Shown: positions 45,871-56,493, counted from the stretch's first letter. The stretch is DNA of 64,000 nt from Minisyncoccota bacterium (GCA_030583765.1 CP129474.1:265709-329708); one strand, 5' to 3'. Numbers and translations: made by a program. The notes: a model not told the origin generated them from the letters alone.

Positions 45871-46044
45871 TTAAGAAACAATAAGCGTGAGGATGTAGGT
45901 AAACAACGCATCCAAAACACCTAGATAGGCGGACATTACAATCGTGATCGCGAGAACAACACCCGTATAACGGATGACTTGCGAGCGGCTTGGCCAACTT
46001 ACTTTTGCTAATTCTGTGCGTACTTCTTGTAAAAAGGTAGTCAT
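45871..46044 (-). CDS. secE: preprotein translocase subunit SecE (58 aa)
   Basis: Hand translation: MTTFLQEVRTELAKVSWPSRSQVIRYTGVVLAITIVMSAYLGVLDALFTYILTLIVS. Under 60 aa, so it is absent from the ORF track. Confidence 0.7.
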   Translation of the reverse strand: MTTFLQEVRTELAKVSWPSRSQVIRYTGVVLAITIVMSAYLGVLDALFTYILTLIVS

Positions 46045-46122
46045 GTCGTGGTAGAGAAAAACGCCCGGGGGCGCTTACAGACGATAACGATAGCACGTCT
46101 GCAAGCGAACGTCAATTCCCTT

Positions 46123-48201
<2,079 letters not shown>

Positions 48202-48248
48202 CTACGCTGATAACGTGGGATATTCAACCCTTGCCAGGGTGGCTCGAC

Positions 48249-49415
48249 CTACCGCATATCTGCCTTGAAAAGGCGTGCAGTTTCGGCATAGATATTCGCC
48301 TGAATAGGGTCGATTTCCTCAGTAGTGAGTGTGCGCTCATTGCTGCGATATACAATGCGATAGGTGTAGCTCCGTCGGCCAGCACCAAACTTCTCCGCGT
48401 TCTCATACGTATCGAGTAGTTTCACTTCTTCAACGAGATCGCCTCCAAGGTCACGGATAACGTCGAAGTAATTGTTTGGGATAAAGTCATTACTCACCAC
48501 AAAAGAGATGTCTCGCGTGATTGGTGGGAACTTGCTTACCGGCACAAACGTGCGACCGAGCTGAAGCTGCGCCTTTACGCGCGGATCAGTGGACCAGAGC
48601 AATCGGATGTCAGGAAGCGCCATGCTAATAATCGCAAGGCGCTCTAAGCCAAACCCGAACGCCCATCCTGTATACACATTCGGATCAACATTCAGCTTTT
48701 CGAGAACACTTGGGTGCACAATGCCGCCGCCGAGCACCTCAATCCAGCGGTCGCCCACTTTTACTTCCATCTCGAGGCTCGGGTGTGTGTACGGAAACGT
48801 ATCTTCGTTAAAGCGATACTCAATCTCACCACCATAGAGTCCTTTTGCCACCTCAACAAGCGCCTCTTCTAAGTCTGCGCGGGAAAGATCCTTTTGCGCT
48901 TTTGGCACCATGTAGAGCCCGTCCATTTGATGGAAGATGTTCATGTGGTTCCGATCGATCTCATCTTTGCGGTACACCTTTCCATGTGAGAACACGCCGA
49001 ATGCTTCGTTGTTCGCAATGCGTTCGCGCACGACATCGGATGCAAAGTAGTAGTACCACATCACCGTGGTATGCGTGCGGAGAATGTGTGTGTCCGTAAC
49101 GTAATAGGTGTCAGAACGACTCCGCGCAGGGTGGCTCGGAGGAAAGTTGAACAGATCAAAACTGATATCAGCGCGCACAATTTCGGGCACCTCGATGCGG
49201 TCGAACCCTTGGAAATAAGGGCGCTCAACAATACGGCGCACCAGCTCAGCGATAGGGCTTTCTGGTGTGCGGGACAAATCGGGCATGCCGAGATAACGCT
49301 TGAGGCGTTCGCTATCAGCGTCGTTTCGTGTCTGTAATTCGGTACGGAGCGCCTGCTCTTCAGAACGATCAATCTGGATATCTGCACCAGTCGTGCGGGT
49401 AATAAGTAATGACAT
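48249..49415 (-). CDS. pheS: phenylalanyl-tRNA synthetase alpha-type catalytic subunit fused to a C-terminal FDX-ACB-like domain
   Basis: Class II motif 2 (FPYTHPSLEMEV) and motif 3 (GWAFGFGLERLAI). Then ~95 extra residues (…PPITRDISFVV…DLVEEVKLLDTYEN…RRSYTYRIVYRSNERTLTTEEID…) resembling the PheT/mitochondrial PheRS anticodon-binding FDX-ACB domain. Confidence 0.75.
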   Translation of the reverse strand: MSLLITRTTGADIQIDRSEEQALRTELQTRNDADSERLKRYLGMPDLSRTPESPIAELVRRIVERPYFQGFDRIEVPEIVRADISFDLFNFPPSHPARSRSDTYYVTDTHILRTHTTVMWYYYFASDVVRERIANNEAFGVFSHGKVYRKDEIDRNHMNIFHQMDGLYMVPKAQKDLSRADLEEALVEVAKGLYGGEIEYRFNEDTFPYTHPSLEMEVKVGDRWIEVLGGGIVHPSVLEKLNVDPNVYTGWAFGFGLERLAIISMALPDIRLLWSTDPRVKAQLQLGRTFVPVSKFPPITRDISFVVSNDFIPNNYFDVIRDLGGDLVEEVKLLDTYENAEKFGAGRRSYTYRIVYRSNERTLTTEEIDPIQANIYAETARLFKADMR

Positions 49416-49519
49416 AACGGGAAAGAATATGTGAGAGTGTAGCATAGCACACCATGCTCTGCATCTTGACTTCAGTTAGAAAAATTGGTATTCCTACCAC
49501 CCAGAGGAGGCTGACGGTT

Positions 49520-49909
49520 ATGCAAGAAAACGTGATCCGGTCAGGATCTCTCCTGCTGGTAATCAACCCGAACAGACCGAATTTCGGAAAGATCGTCGTC
49601 GTGGAGACACTCTCCCCACCCGACATGGCATTGTGTGTGGAGCAAGACACACCGAGCGGGCGCCTCGATAGCTACTTGCTGCCAGGCGACCACGGGGGAA
49701 TGGAGGATGCGATCCCCGTTCAGCTCAAAGACTTGCCGCCAGACAATGCCTTCGTGAGGGCGCTTCGGGCAGCCAGAATCACCCTCGGCCCCTGGTGGGA
49801 AGAGATCCACTACTTCAGCAGAGGGGCTGAGACACTGGAATCTCGGGCGAAATACCGAGAACACATCCTGCGCCTGGCGTGGAGCTGGTGCGGAACCAAG
49901 GAGGCTTGA
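49520..49909 (+). CDS. hypothetical protein
   Basis: ~130 aa, no recognisable motif. One of only two plus-strand genes between pheS and tRNA-Asp. Confidence 0.3.
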   Translation: MQENVIRSGSLLLVINPNRPNFGKIVVVETLSPPDMALCVEQDTPSGRLDSYLLPGDHGGMEDAIPVQLKDLPPDNAFVRALRAARITLGPWWEEIHYFSRGAETLESRAKYREHILRLAWSWCGTKEA

Positions 49910-50265
49910 TGAGCGCCCCCCAGCAGTTCGGGATCATCACTGATCCCGATAACGAGTACTTCGCACGGGTCTGCATGATCACGAAAGTGACTCCTGCGGG
50001 CTGGTGCACGGTGCGAGTCGGAAACCACGAGATGCGCCTGCAGGAGCACACCTGTATCGACGCTCCCGATGTGCCTCAGGTGATGCGGGTCGCCTCGCCT
50101 GAGAACCGCGCACTCCCTCTGGAGCGGGCGCTCAAAAACTTGAGCAGACCGCTCACCCACTTCGCGGCGCGCATCCGGAGGAGTAGCGATCCCATCGCCG
50201 AACGCCAGACAGCGCGCGGCGAGTTCATGAAGACGCTCTTTTCCGCGAGCCAAAGCACGCGGTAG
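49909..50265 (+). CDS. hypothetical protein
   Basis: ~118 aa from MSAPQQFGIITDPDNEYFARV…. No recognisable motif. Confidence 0.3.
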   Translation: MSAPQQFGIITDPDNEYFARVCMITKVTPAGWCTVRVGNHEMRLQEHTCIDAPDVPQVMRVASPENRALPLERALKNLSRPLTHFAARIRRSSDPIAERQTARGEFMKTLFSASQSTR

Positions 50266-50366
50266 AGACAGAAAAAGCGCAGCCCCGCAACACATCGCGG
50301 GGCTTTTTCTTTATTCGCATCCGGCCCAAATATATATCCCCCAGAGGGGGGGGGATATATAACTTG

Positions 50367-50441
50367 CGCGGGCGGCCGGATTCGAACCGGTGACCTCTTC
50401 CGTGACAGGGAAGCGCTCTAAACCAGCTGAGCTACGCCCGC
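50367..50441 (-). tRNA. tRNA-Asp (anticodon GUC)
   Basis: rc reads GCGGGCGTAGCTCAGCTGGTTTAGAGCGCTTCCCTGTCACGGAAGAGGTCACCGGTTCGAATCCGGCCGCCCGCG. Anticodon stem CTTCC/GGAAG, loop CTGTCAC. Confidence 0.85.
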
Positions 50442-51163
50442 AGCGTGCTATCGAATTGCCTGAATATCTTACTTGCTTTCTGGAAAATTTTCAACTTGCG
50501 CGGGAGAAAAAGGGTCTCCCCATCTCTCTTCTTATACATTAAAGCGTAAAGCCCAGCAGAGTCGCGCCAAGAAAAAACAAGGTCAAAAGATCTATTTTTT
50601 TGATATATAAACCCAGATTGCACAGCGCCAGTGGCTCTGAGAGCCGAAAGAAGGGCTAATAAAAAGTCTTTACTCCCCGAAGAAAAGCGTGATGTTATCG
50701 TCCAGCGGTATGCATTGTTCTCTGAGCGCTTATAGCGCCCAAAACTAATACATCCATCGCCATCAAAGTAACCCCTTACGAATGAGGCGAAAAATTTCTT
50801 TGGGATTTTAGGGAGCTGAATAGAGAAGCTTTTATTCGCAACAACTCCTAATTTCTCTAGATCACGCACCCAAGCAACCGACCCTATCTGGACGCGATAT
50901 GCGATCTTCCAACGCACATTCTGTTGGGTACGCCTTACGGGACGAACTGGGTGAGGAAAGCCAATCCTCTTTTTTAACTGCCTCAACAACACAACATCGG
51001 TACTATAGAGAGATACATACCGAGGCGGGCTGCCTTCAACTGCGCCGTCCGCACAGATAAACCCGAGCGCATACGCCATGTCATCACTCCACTTTTTGAA
51101 GAAGTCATCCCATTTATCCATAGTGCATTCTAACCATTTTTGAAAGAAAAGGCCAGCGCCCAT
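50432..51163 (-). CDS. free-standing LAGLIDADG homing endonuclease (two-motif)
   Basis: Two LAGLIDADG motifs: LGFICADGAV and VRGYFDGDGCIS. Low-GC gene. Its stop overlaps the tRNA-Asp 5' end by 10 nt. Confidence 0.7.
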   Translation of the reverse strand: MGAGLFFQKWLECTMDKWDDFFKKWSDDMAYALGFICADGAVEGSPPRYVSLYSTDVVLLRQLKKRIGFPHPVRPVRRTQQNVRWKIAYRVQIGSVAWVRDLEKLGVVANKSFSIQLPKIPKKFFASFVRGYFDGDGCISFGRYKRSENNAYRWTITSRFSSGSKDFLLALLSALRATGAVQSGFIYQKNRSFDLVFSWRDSAGLYALMYKKRDGETLFLPRKLKIFQKASKIFRQFDSTLRA

Positions 51164-51178
51164 CTACACCACCCCGCC

Positions 51179-51775
51179 TTACAAACGAGACACGATGCAG
51201 ATGAAGCGCTGGCGGAAACCAGCGAGAAACTGGTCGTTGGTCAGCACGCGATACCCTTTCTCGCGCGTAGACTCTAGTGGGTCTTGCACAACAACATGTC
51301 CCCCGTCAGCGCCAACAACTACGACGAGGTGCCCGCTCTTTGACCGTGGGTGGAAATCTTTCCACACCGATGCGATCACCGGCCCTTGTGCCAGCGCCTT
51401 GCGCAACAGTTCGAGCGATGCGACGGGACTTTCGGGTGTTTTAGATTGTGGCGCGAAGTCAGCATTATAGCCGTCGAGGCCGTACTGCCGTGCAAGCGAA
51501 ACAAGCCCTGCATGTCGCCACCCAACGCCGGACATGTACGCTCCTATGGCGACCCCCTCAGCGAAGAGATCGTCACAGGTTTCTTTTCGGAGCTCTGGCT
51601 TCCAGAATTCAATAACGCTCTGCAGCGCAGCGATGCCGCACCCTTGCGAGCGCCATGTCTTGTTCGTAAAGTCCGTGACTTGCGAATGCCACGGAACGCG
51701 CCATTCACGACGCGGCGCTCTACGCATCAAGCTTGGAGTGCCAGTAGATACGGACGATCTTCCTTGTGTTGCCAT
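51179..51775 (-). CDS. C39-like (papain-fold) cysteine peptidase domain protein
   Basis: …WRSQGCGIAALQSVIEF… fits the C39 catalytic Cys context, with a downstream His (SGHLVVVVGADGGHVV). Confidence 0.45.
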   Translation of the reverse strand: MATQGRSSVSTGTPSLMRRAPRREWRVPWHSQVTDFTNKTWRSQGCGIAALQSVIEFWKPELRKETCDDLFAEGVAIGAYMSGVGWRHAGLVSLARQYGLDGYNADFAPQSKTPESPVASLELLRKALAQGPVIASVWKDFHPRSKSGHLVVVVGADGGHVVVQDPLESTREKGYRVLTNDQFLAGFRQRFICIVSRL

Positions 51776-52166
51776 AGGTGTAGTGATGCGCGTGCGGAAT
51801 CAGCGTTCCGTTGGAATCGTTGCTGACGGCCTCTTCGCCACCGACAAAGAATCCAGCGTGATCATGCATGGAGCCATCGGTACCAGGACGCGCCTCCCAC
51901 ACGATCACAGCGCCTTCGCGGAGCTCATCGATCAACTGCCAGCCGGAAGCGCGCATGTCGCGCTCAAGACCGCCAACGCCTGCGTGCATCTCGGCGATCA
52001 GCCCGTTCATGAGGAGAACGCCCGACACGAACAGCCCACATGAGCGAGCCCCTCCCCGTACGATGTCTTCCTCGACGCCATCGACTTCAGCGAAGAGCGT
52101 TTGGAACATGTGATTCTCGCCACGAGCCGCGTTGCGGATCATGGCAAGGTAACTTTTGGTACGCAG
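51720..52166 (-). CDS. predicted papain-fold (NlpC/P60- or CHAP-like) cysteine hydrolase
   Basis: Start at MRAMSVKLL. Cys (ARSCGLFVSG) then His (HDHAGFFVGG) then His (IPHAHH) is the order expected for NlpC/P60-CHAP. The longer Arg-rich ORF-track N-extension was rejected. Confidence 0.35.
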   Translation of the reverse strand: MRTKSYLAMIRNAARGENHMFQTLFAEVDGVEEDIVRGGARSCGLFVSGVLLMNGLIAEMHAGVGGLERDMRASGWQLIDELREGAVIVWEARPGTDGSMHDHAGFFVGGEEAVSNDSNGTLIPHAHHYTYGNTRKIVRIYWHSKLDA

Positions 52167-52267
52167 AAGCTTTACACTCATAGCCCGCATAGTATCAGAC
52201 TCCTCACAAGAAGCACAAGGAAAACAAAAGGCCCTCGGTGTGTTGAGGGCCTTGCCACCACCTCTCG

Positions 52268-53194
52268 CTACGGTGTGACGAGAGAGCGCGGGAGAGAACA
52301 CGCGAGCGTTACGCGTATCGGGAGCACGTGCGACACAGCACCCCCTTGCGACGCGGCGCCCATGAAGCGCGCATAGTCCGGCGTTATGCCGGGCCATGCG
52401 GTGCCAGGTTCGGCAAACTGCATGAGCCAGAGCGCGCGACGCTCTGCCGGAATGAGCGAAGGATAGTCCCAGCTTACTCCGGTGCGAGACATGAGCCCCT
52501 CTGCCCGATGCAGATGACCCAGACCAAGCGCATGGACCAGTTCGTGAGCCAGCGTGTGGCTTTCGAAGTACGCGGAGCGCAATTCGATGTAGGCCTCCGT
52601 GATCACCGAGCCTTCGGTGATAGCCCACGCCCACCCAGCAACGTTCTCTGGGATGCGATCATTCACGTACACGTATACGCGAGTCGCATTCGTGGGCATG
52701 GCCTGCTCCGGCCTCCGCTCCACCAGCCTAATCCACGGCACTGCCGGCTGAAGATCTGCGATCGCCTTACTCACCGCATCGGGATCGCGCACGCCGCGCA
52801 GTGGGCTCATGACAGTGATCACGAACTTCTCCGCGACAGGACGCGTGAGGAGCTTCTCACCCTCATCACCCGCCGTGCGGTACCACAGCTCGTAGAGCGT
52901 GGTGAGCTCGTTGTCATCCCCACTCGGGGTGAGTTTGATGACCTCCTCGCCTTCCCACGGCGCGATGCCGAAGTGAGGAAGAAAGCCATCCGCTTGAGCG
53001 ACGAAGAACGAGCCTGGTCGCACAATCGTACGTGAGCCCGCGGCAACGACAATGCCGCTCGGGTCTCCAACCGTTGCGGCGACGCTTCCACCTCCTCCCA
53101 AAGCAGTCGCGTCACGAAACTTCAGAACCGCTTCCTGCGCGAGCGCCGAAGCGGTTGAGAGCACGAACACGGCCGCGATCAAGAAGGGCTTCAT
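52268..53194 (-). CDS. secreted metzincin-type zinc metalloprotease
   Basis: Signal peptide MKPFLIAAVFVLSTASALA, and HELVHALGLGH (HExxHxxGxxH). Confidence 0.65.
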   Translation of the reverse strand: MKPFLIAAVFVLSTASALAQEAVLKFRDATALGGGGSVAATVGDPSGIVVAAGSRTIVRPGSFFVAQADGFLPHFGIAPWEGEEVIKLTPSGDDNELTTLYELWYRTAGDEGEKLLTRPVAEKFVITVMSPLRGVRDPDAVSKAIADLQPAVPWIRLVERRPEQAMPTNATRVYVYVNDRIPENVAGWAWAITEGSVITEAYIELRSAYFESHTLAHELVHALGLGHLHRAEGLMSRTGVSWDYPSLIPAERRALWLMQFAEPGTAWPGITPDYARFMGAASQGGAVSHVLPIRVTLACSLPRSLVTP

Positions 53195-53360
53195 CCCCTG
53201 CCTCCATACTACATATTATGCATTAAAAACAAAGAATTGCAAGAGGCTTATATCTCTCTCGCAAGTCCCGCCGATTTCAATCCCACGCTCTGCGACATCT
53301 GTCCCCAGTAGGGGCCAGTTCTCCCGCCCGCGGTATGCACTACATGCATAGCGCGGGCTT

Positions 53361-54581
53361 TTATTTTTTAATAAATACCCTTCCCTCTCCACTTAAAAAC
53401 TTTTGGTAGGTGCGCATGAGCGTCTCGGTATCCATCCGCTCTGCAATAGCCAAAAGCTCAGAAAACGCAGGTGGCTCATCAAAGAATTTCATGAGTTTCT
53501 GCATCTTTGTGAGAGCGCCATCATGCTCCGCGATAGCACGGCTCGTAAGTCCCTTAAACTGTGATGCGAGCCACGCCACATCTTCATGTGGTATTTGTAC
53601 AGCGAGTTCTTTGATAACGTTTTGTACAACACTGGCGGCCTCTTCTGGATGTTGCGATGGGCCATCTATAAAGAAACAGAAGGCGTTTCCAAATATCTCA
53701 TGGTATGCATTAATTTCATATACAAGCCCACGCTTCGTTCTGAGCTCGTCACGCAACAAAGAAGAATATCCAACGTTAAGGCGGTGGCGTAAAAATTCAA
53801 GCGCAACAAATTCTTCACGCAAGGGCTTTTCTAAAGATGGATACGCCACCATCCAAAACGACATTTGTCCATTCACGGAAATAGATGAGCCACGGTCTGA
53901 GACTGTGACAGGTGGCAACTTTGGAAGAGTGAAGGCTCCTGATATTGGCCATACTTTAAATGCCTCTTCGACTTGTGTCCGCGCTTCATTGGCCGAAATA
54001 CCACCAACAATGAGTAGGGTTGCGTTTTGTGGGACGATCATGTGCCGCCAATATGCAATAAGGTCTTCACGAGATGCCCTTCCTATAGCCTCTAAGCTGC
54101 CGAGAGAATTTAGTGCGGAAGGGTGTCGAGAAAATAATGCTGCTACAGCTGCATCATAAAACATCCTGTGGGTGTTTGCTTGAGATCTCGCGAATTCCTC
54201 GCCAATAACTTTTTTCTCATTTTCAAGCACCGCTGGATCTATCAGTGAATCAGTGACGTCGTCTCGCACAATATTTAGTACAAGAGGAAGGTCATCTCGA
54301 GCTCCCTGCATAACAAAGGTAAGATGAGTAGCTCCTGTATTTGCACTAACAAACGCTCCAATGCGGTCTATCTCCTTTCCAATTGCCATACTTGAAGGAC
54401 GCGCTTTCGTGCCTTTCAAAAGCATGTGCTCAAGTAGGTGCGCGTATCCCTGCTGATCCTCCTGCTCATAGGCGCACCCTGCACGAAACACGAGATTCAT
54501 TGTTACCACTGGCGCATCGGGCTGTTCTAATACGGCAAGTCGCATGCCGTTAGGGAGGGTTGTCCAAGAAAAATCATTCAT
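53361..54581 (-). CDS. M16 (pitrilysin/insulinase) family zinc peptidase
   Basis: Inverted zinc motif HLLEH (GYAHLLEHMLLKGT), plus the M16 N- and C-domains. Confidence 0.8.
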   Translation of the reverse strand: MNDFSWTTLPNGMRLAVLEQPDAPVVTMNLVFRAGCAYEQEDQQGYAHLLEHMLLKGTKARPSSMAIGKEIDRIGAFVSANTGATHLTFVMQGARDDLPLVLNIVRDDVTDSLIDPAVLENEKKVIGEEFARSQANTHRMFYDAAVAALFSRHPSALNSLGSLEAIGRASREDLIAYWRHMIVPQNATLLIVGGISANEARTQVEEAFKVWPISGAFTLPKLPPVTVSDRGSSISVNGQMSFWMVAYPSLEKPLREEFVALEFLRHRLNVGYSSLLRDELRTKRGLVYEINAYHEIFGNAFCFFIDGPSQHPEEAASVVQNVIKELAVQIPHEDVAWLASQFKGLTSRAIAEHDGALTKMQKLMKFFDEPPAFSELLAIAERMDTETLMRTYQKFLSGEGRVFIKK

Positions 54582-54604
54582 TGCTAGATTGCGAACGTTT
54601 GATA

Positions 54605-55078
54605 TTATTGTATGCCTTCTAACCCCATTTTGATACGACGCTTTTCCAGGTTCTTCGGATCCTTCACGGGAAGCATCTTAAGCGTCCCGTCTGATAGGCG
54701 CTGGCGCTGTGTTCCGTAGAGTTGTAGCTCTCCCCGATTGATAAGGACGCGATCCGTAAGGTGCGCTTTTTCGTTTGGTTCAAAGTCACAATACTTAAGG
54801 CACTGCTCTTGGAGTTTGGTATCGTGCATGACGTGCTGCACGAGCAGAAAGAGTGCTTTCATCGCCTCTGCGCCAACCATCTTCTGCGTTGGGTATCCGT
54901 ATTCTTTGATAATCTGACGCACATTCTGGTAGTGAAGTGTGTCTATGGCGTAGATAAGATAGTTCACCAGCTCCTTCCCAGGCTTTGATTGAAGACGCAA
55001 CTCCTGTTCAACCGCCGCCATTTCTAATATGTAGCGCGAGAGCGATTGTTTTTGTTGTACGGTAAGTTTTTTGGGCAT
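54605..55078 (-). CDS. hypothetical protein (157 aa), low GC, inside candidate RiPP cluster
   Basis: No recognisable motif. Located between the ATP-grasp and M16 peptidase genes on the same strand. Confidence 0.4.
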   Translation of the reverse strand: MPKKLTVQQKQSLSRYILEMAAVEQELRLQSKPGKELVNYLIYAIDTLHYQNVRQIIKEYGYPTQKMVGAEAMKALFLLVQHVMHDTKLQEQCLKYCDFEPNEKAHLTDRVLINRGELQLYGTQRQRLSDGTLKMLPVKDPKNLEKRRIKMGLEGIQ

Positions 55079-55131
55079 GTATTGATTATATAAAGAAGTG
55101 GGGTACTAGGCTTTGCCGTTCCCCCATTGTC

Positions 55132-56118
55132 CTACACGAGCAAGTCCGCAATCGCTTCAGCGATTCGGGCCTGCGTCCTTAGCTGCACGAAGTACCATTG
55201 GCCATTCGGATTGATTTCGAGAAAAATGTAGTCGCCACTTGGCGAAACAATCATATCGATACATCCGAACCTTAGGCCAAGCTTTGCCACCAGCTTGAAG
55301 AGACGAGCCTCAACATCACTAGGCAGCGTGACTGAGCTCATCTTTAAATCCGTGTCGTTTAGTCTCGGCTTGCGGCGCCAGTCCACTGCCGTTTCAGGAT
55401 CTACTTGGGAGTCGATTTTTGCAGCGAAGATCTTGTCACCAACAACCGTGATACGAAGTTCGTATGCCTTTTCGACATACCCCTGGAAGATTGCGGGGGC
55501 CTGCTTGATACGATCAATCCCCGCCAGAGCTTCCTCAGAAAGTCTGTTCGTGTACATCACGTTGTTCATGATCATGGCAGGAGCTAGGAGCTTCATTATC
55601 ACACCCCCGCTCTGCTGATAGAAAAACGCGCGCACACGATCGGGGTCCGATGTCACAAGCGTTGGTGGGATCGAAAAACCAAGATCTGTCGCTACCTTTA
55701 GCTGCAGCAGTTTGTTCTCAGCTATGGCTTCTGCCCAGGGATCGTTAACCCACTTCTTGTCTCGAAAAAGCGTCCGGAGCGCATGACGCATCTCCTGGAA
55801 CTGCCTGTTCACCATCTGCCGATACTCACCGGGCTCTAGTAAGAGCAGCTCCTTTGGTAAGTGCGGCTTGAGGTACCAGATTCCCGTGAAGTCGTCGATG
55901 CAGTAGGGCGTCGAGTCGATGACGACATCATACCGAACTCCGGTAGCATTGGCTTGATAGACGAGAAAGTCAGACTCCAGGCACTTGTCCTGCCGAAACA
56001 GAACAACTTTGTTTACACCACGACTCTGAAGAGCTGTCACAACGGATTGGAACGCTTCTACTTCATGGATTCCAGAATTGCCAATTGCAAGTATCATCTC
56101 ACCCTCCTCCTCGCCCAC
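55132..56118 (-). CDS. ATP-grasp ribosomal-peptide maturase, MdnC/MvdD (microviridin/graspetide) family
   Basis: C-terminal half reads …AYELRITVVGDKIFAAKIDSQVDPETAVDWRRKP…RFGCIDMIVSPSGDYIFLEINPNGQWYFVQL…IAEAIADLLV. This is near-colinear with MdnC from memory (ALELRITIVGEQIFTAAINSQ…DWRKEG…YGAIDMIVTPDERYIFLEINPVGEFFWLE…ISQAIAEILVN). Probable start at MILAIGNSG (56097). Confidence 0.8.
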   Translation of the reverse strand: MGEEEGEMILAIGNSGIHEVEAFQSVVTALQSRGVNKVVLFRQDKCLESDFLVYQANATGVRYDVVIDSTPYCIDDFTGIWYLKPHLPKELLLLEPGEYRQMVNRQFQEMRHALRTLFRDKKWVNDPWAEAIAENKLLQLKVATDLGFSIPPTLVTSDPDRVRAFFYQQSGGVIMKLLAPAMIMNNVMYTNRLSEEALAGIDRIKQAPAIFQGYVEKAYELRITVVGDKIFAAKIDSQVDPETAVDWRRKPRLNDTDLKMSSVTLPSDVEARLFKLVAKLGLRFGCIDMIVSPSGDYIFLEINPNGQWYFVQLRTQARIAEAIADLLV

Positions 56119-56151
56119 TACCGTACATTTAAATTATTGATTAGTCAAGCA

Positions 56152-56198
56152 TCTTTTTAAAAAGAGGGGCGCTGAATCCCGTTAAGGAATCAGCGCCC
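56152..56198 (-). terminator. intrinsic terminator/attenuator between precursor gene and ATP-grasp gene
   Basis: 12/13-bp stem GGGCGCTGAATCC/GGAATCAGCGCCC with loop CGTTAA, followed on the minus strand by CUCUUUUUAAAAAG. Confidence 0.45.
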
Positions 56199-56214
56199 AA
56201 AGGCGTGAGGCTTG

Positions 56215-56439
56215 CTACGTCGCGTCGAGAGCGTCGGTGTCGTTCCAGTACCCGGTCGAGGTGCCAGCGAAGACACCTTCACGGTACTCGAAGTAGTCCA
56301 TGATGAACGGCTTGGGGCTGTTGGACGGAAGCTGCTGGGGCCGAGTGGCGGCGAGAACGCTCGCCGGGATCCTCGGTTGCGTCGAAACGGCCTGTGCGAT
56401 TTCCATGAGCCTTACTCCTAACAAATACGGTACTGACAC
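56215..56439 (-). CDS. candidate graspetide precursor peptide
   Basis: 74-aa ORF (shorter if started at MEIAQ) immediately upstream of and co-directional with the ATP-grasp gene. The leader-like segment KPFIMDYFEY is followed by a Thr/Ser/Asp-rich C-terminal core TSTGYWNDTDALDAT. Confidence 0.5.
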   Translation of the reverse strand: MSVPYLLGVRLMEIAQAVSTQPRIPASVLAATRPQQLPSNSPKPFIMDYFEYREGVFAGTSTGYWNDTDALDAT

Positions 56440-56470
56440 TAGAATACTTCTTTCTAATAATTCGTCAAGA
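56430..56470 (-). promoter_or_regulatory. candidate promoter of precursor gene (TTGACG-N16/17-TATTCT)
   Basis: rc of 56463-56468 is ttgacg. There is a weak -10. Confidence 0.25.
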
Positions 56471-56493
56471 ACCTCGGAAGGTCGCGGAGCACA

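Noticed and set aside
45851-46096. 81-aa ORF-track ORF between nusG and gyrB
   Set aside because: A different frame on the same strand encodes a textbook 58-aa SecE (45871-46044). The 81-aa frame is Cys/His-rich and not SecE-like.
51720-52634. Full 304-aa ORF-track ORF
   Set aside because: The N-terminal ~150 aa are Arg/Ala/Gly-rich junk overlapping the neighbouring metzincin gene region. Only the C-terminal 149 aa (from MRAMSVKLL) look protein-like.
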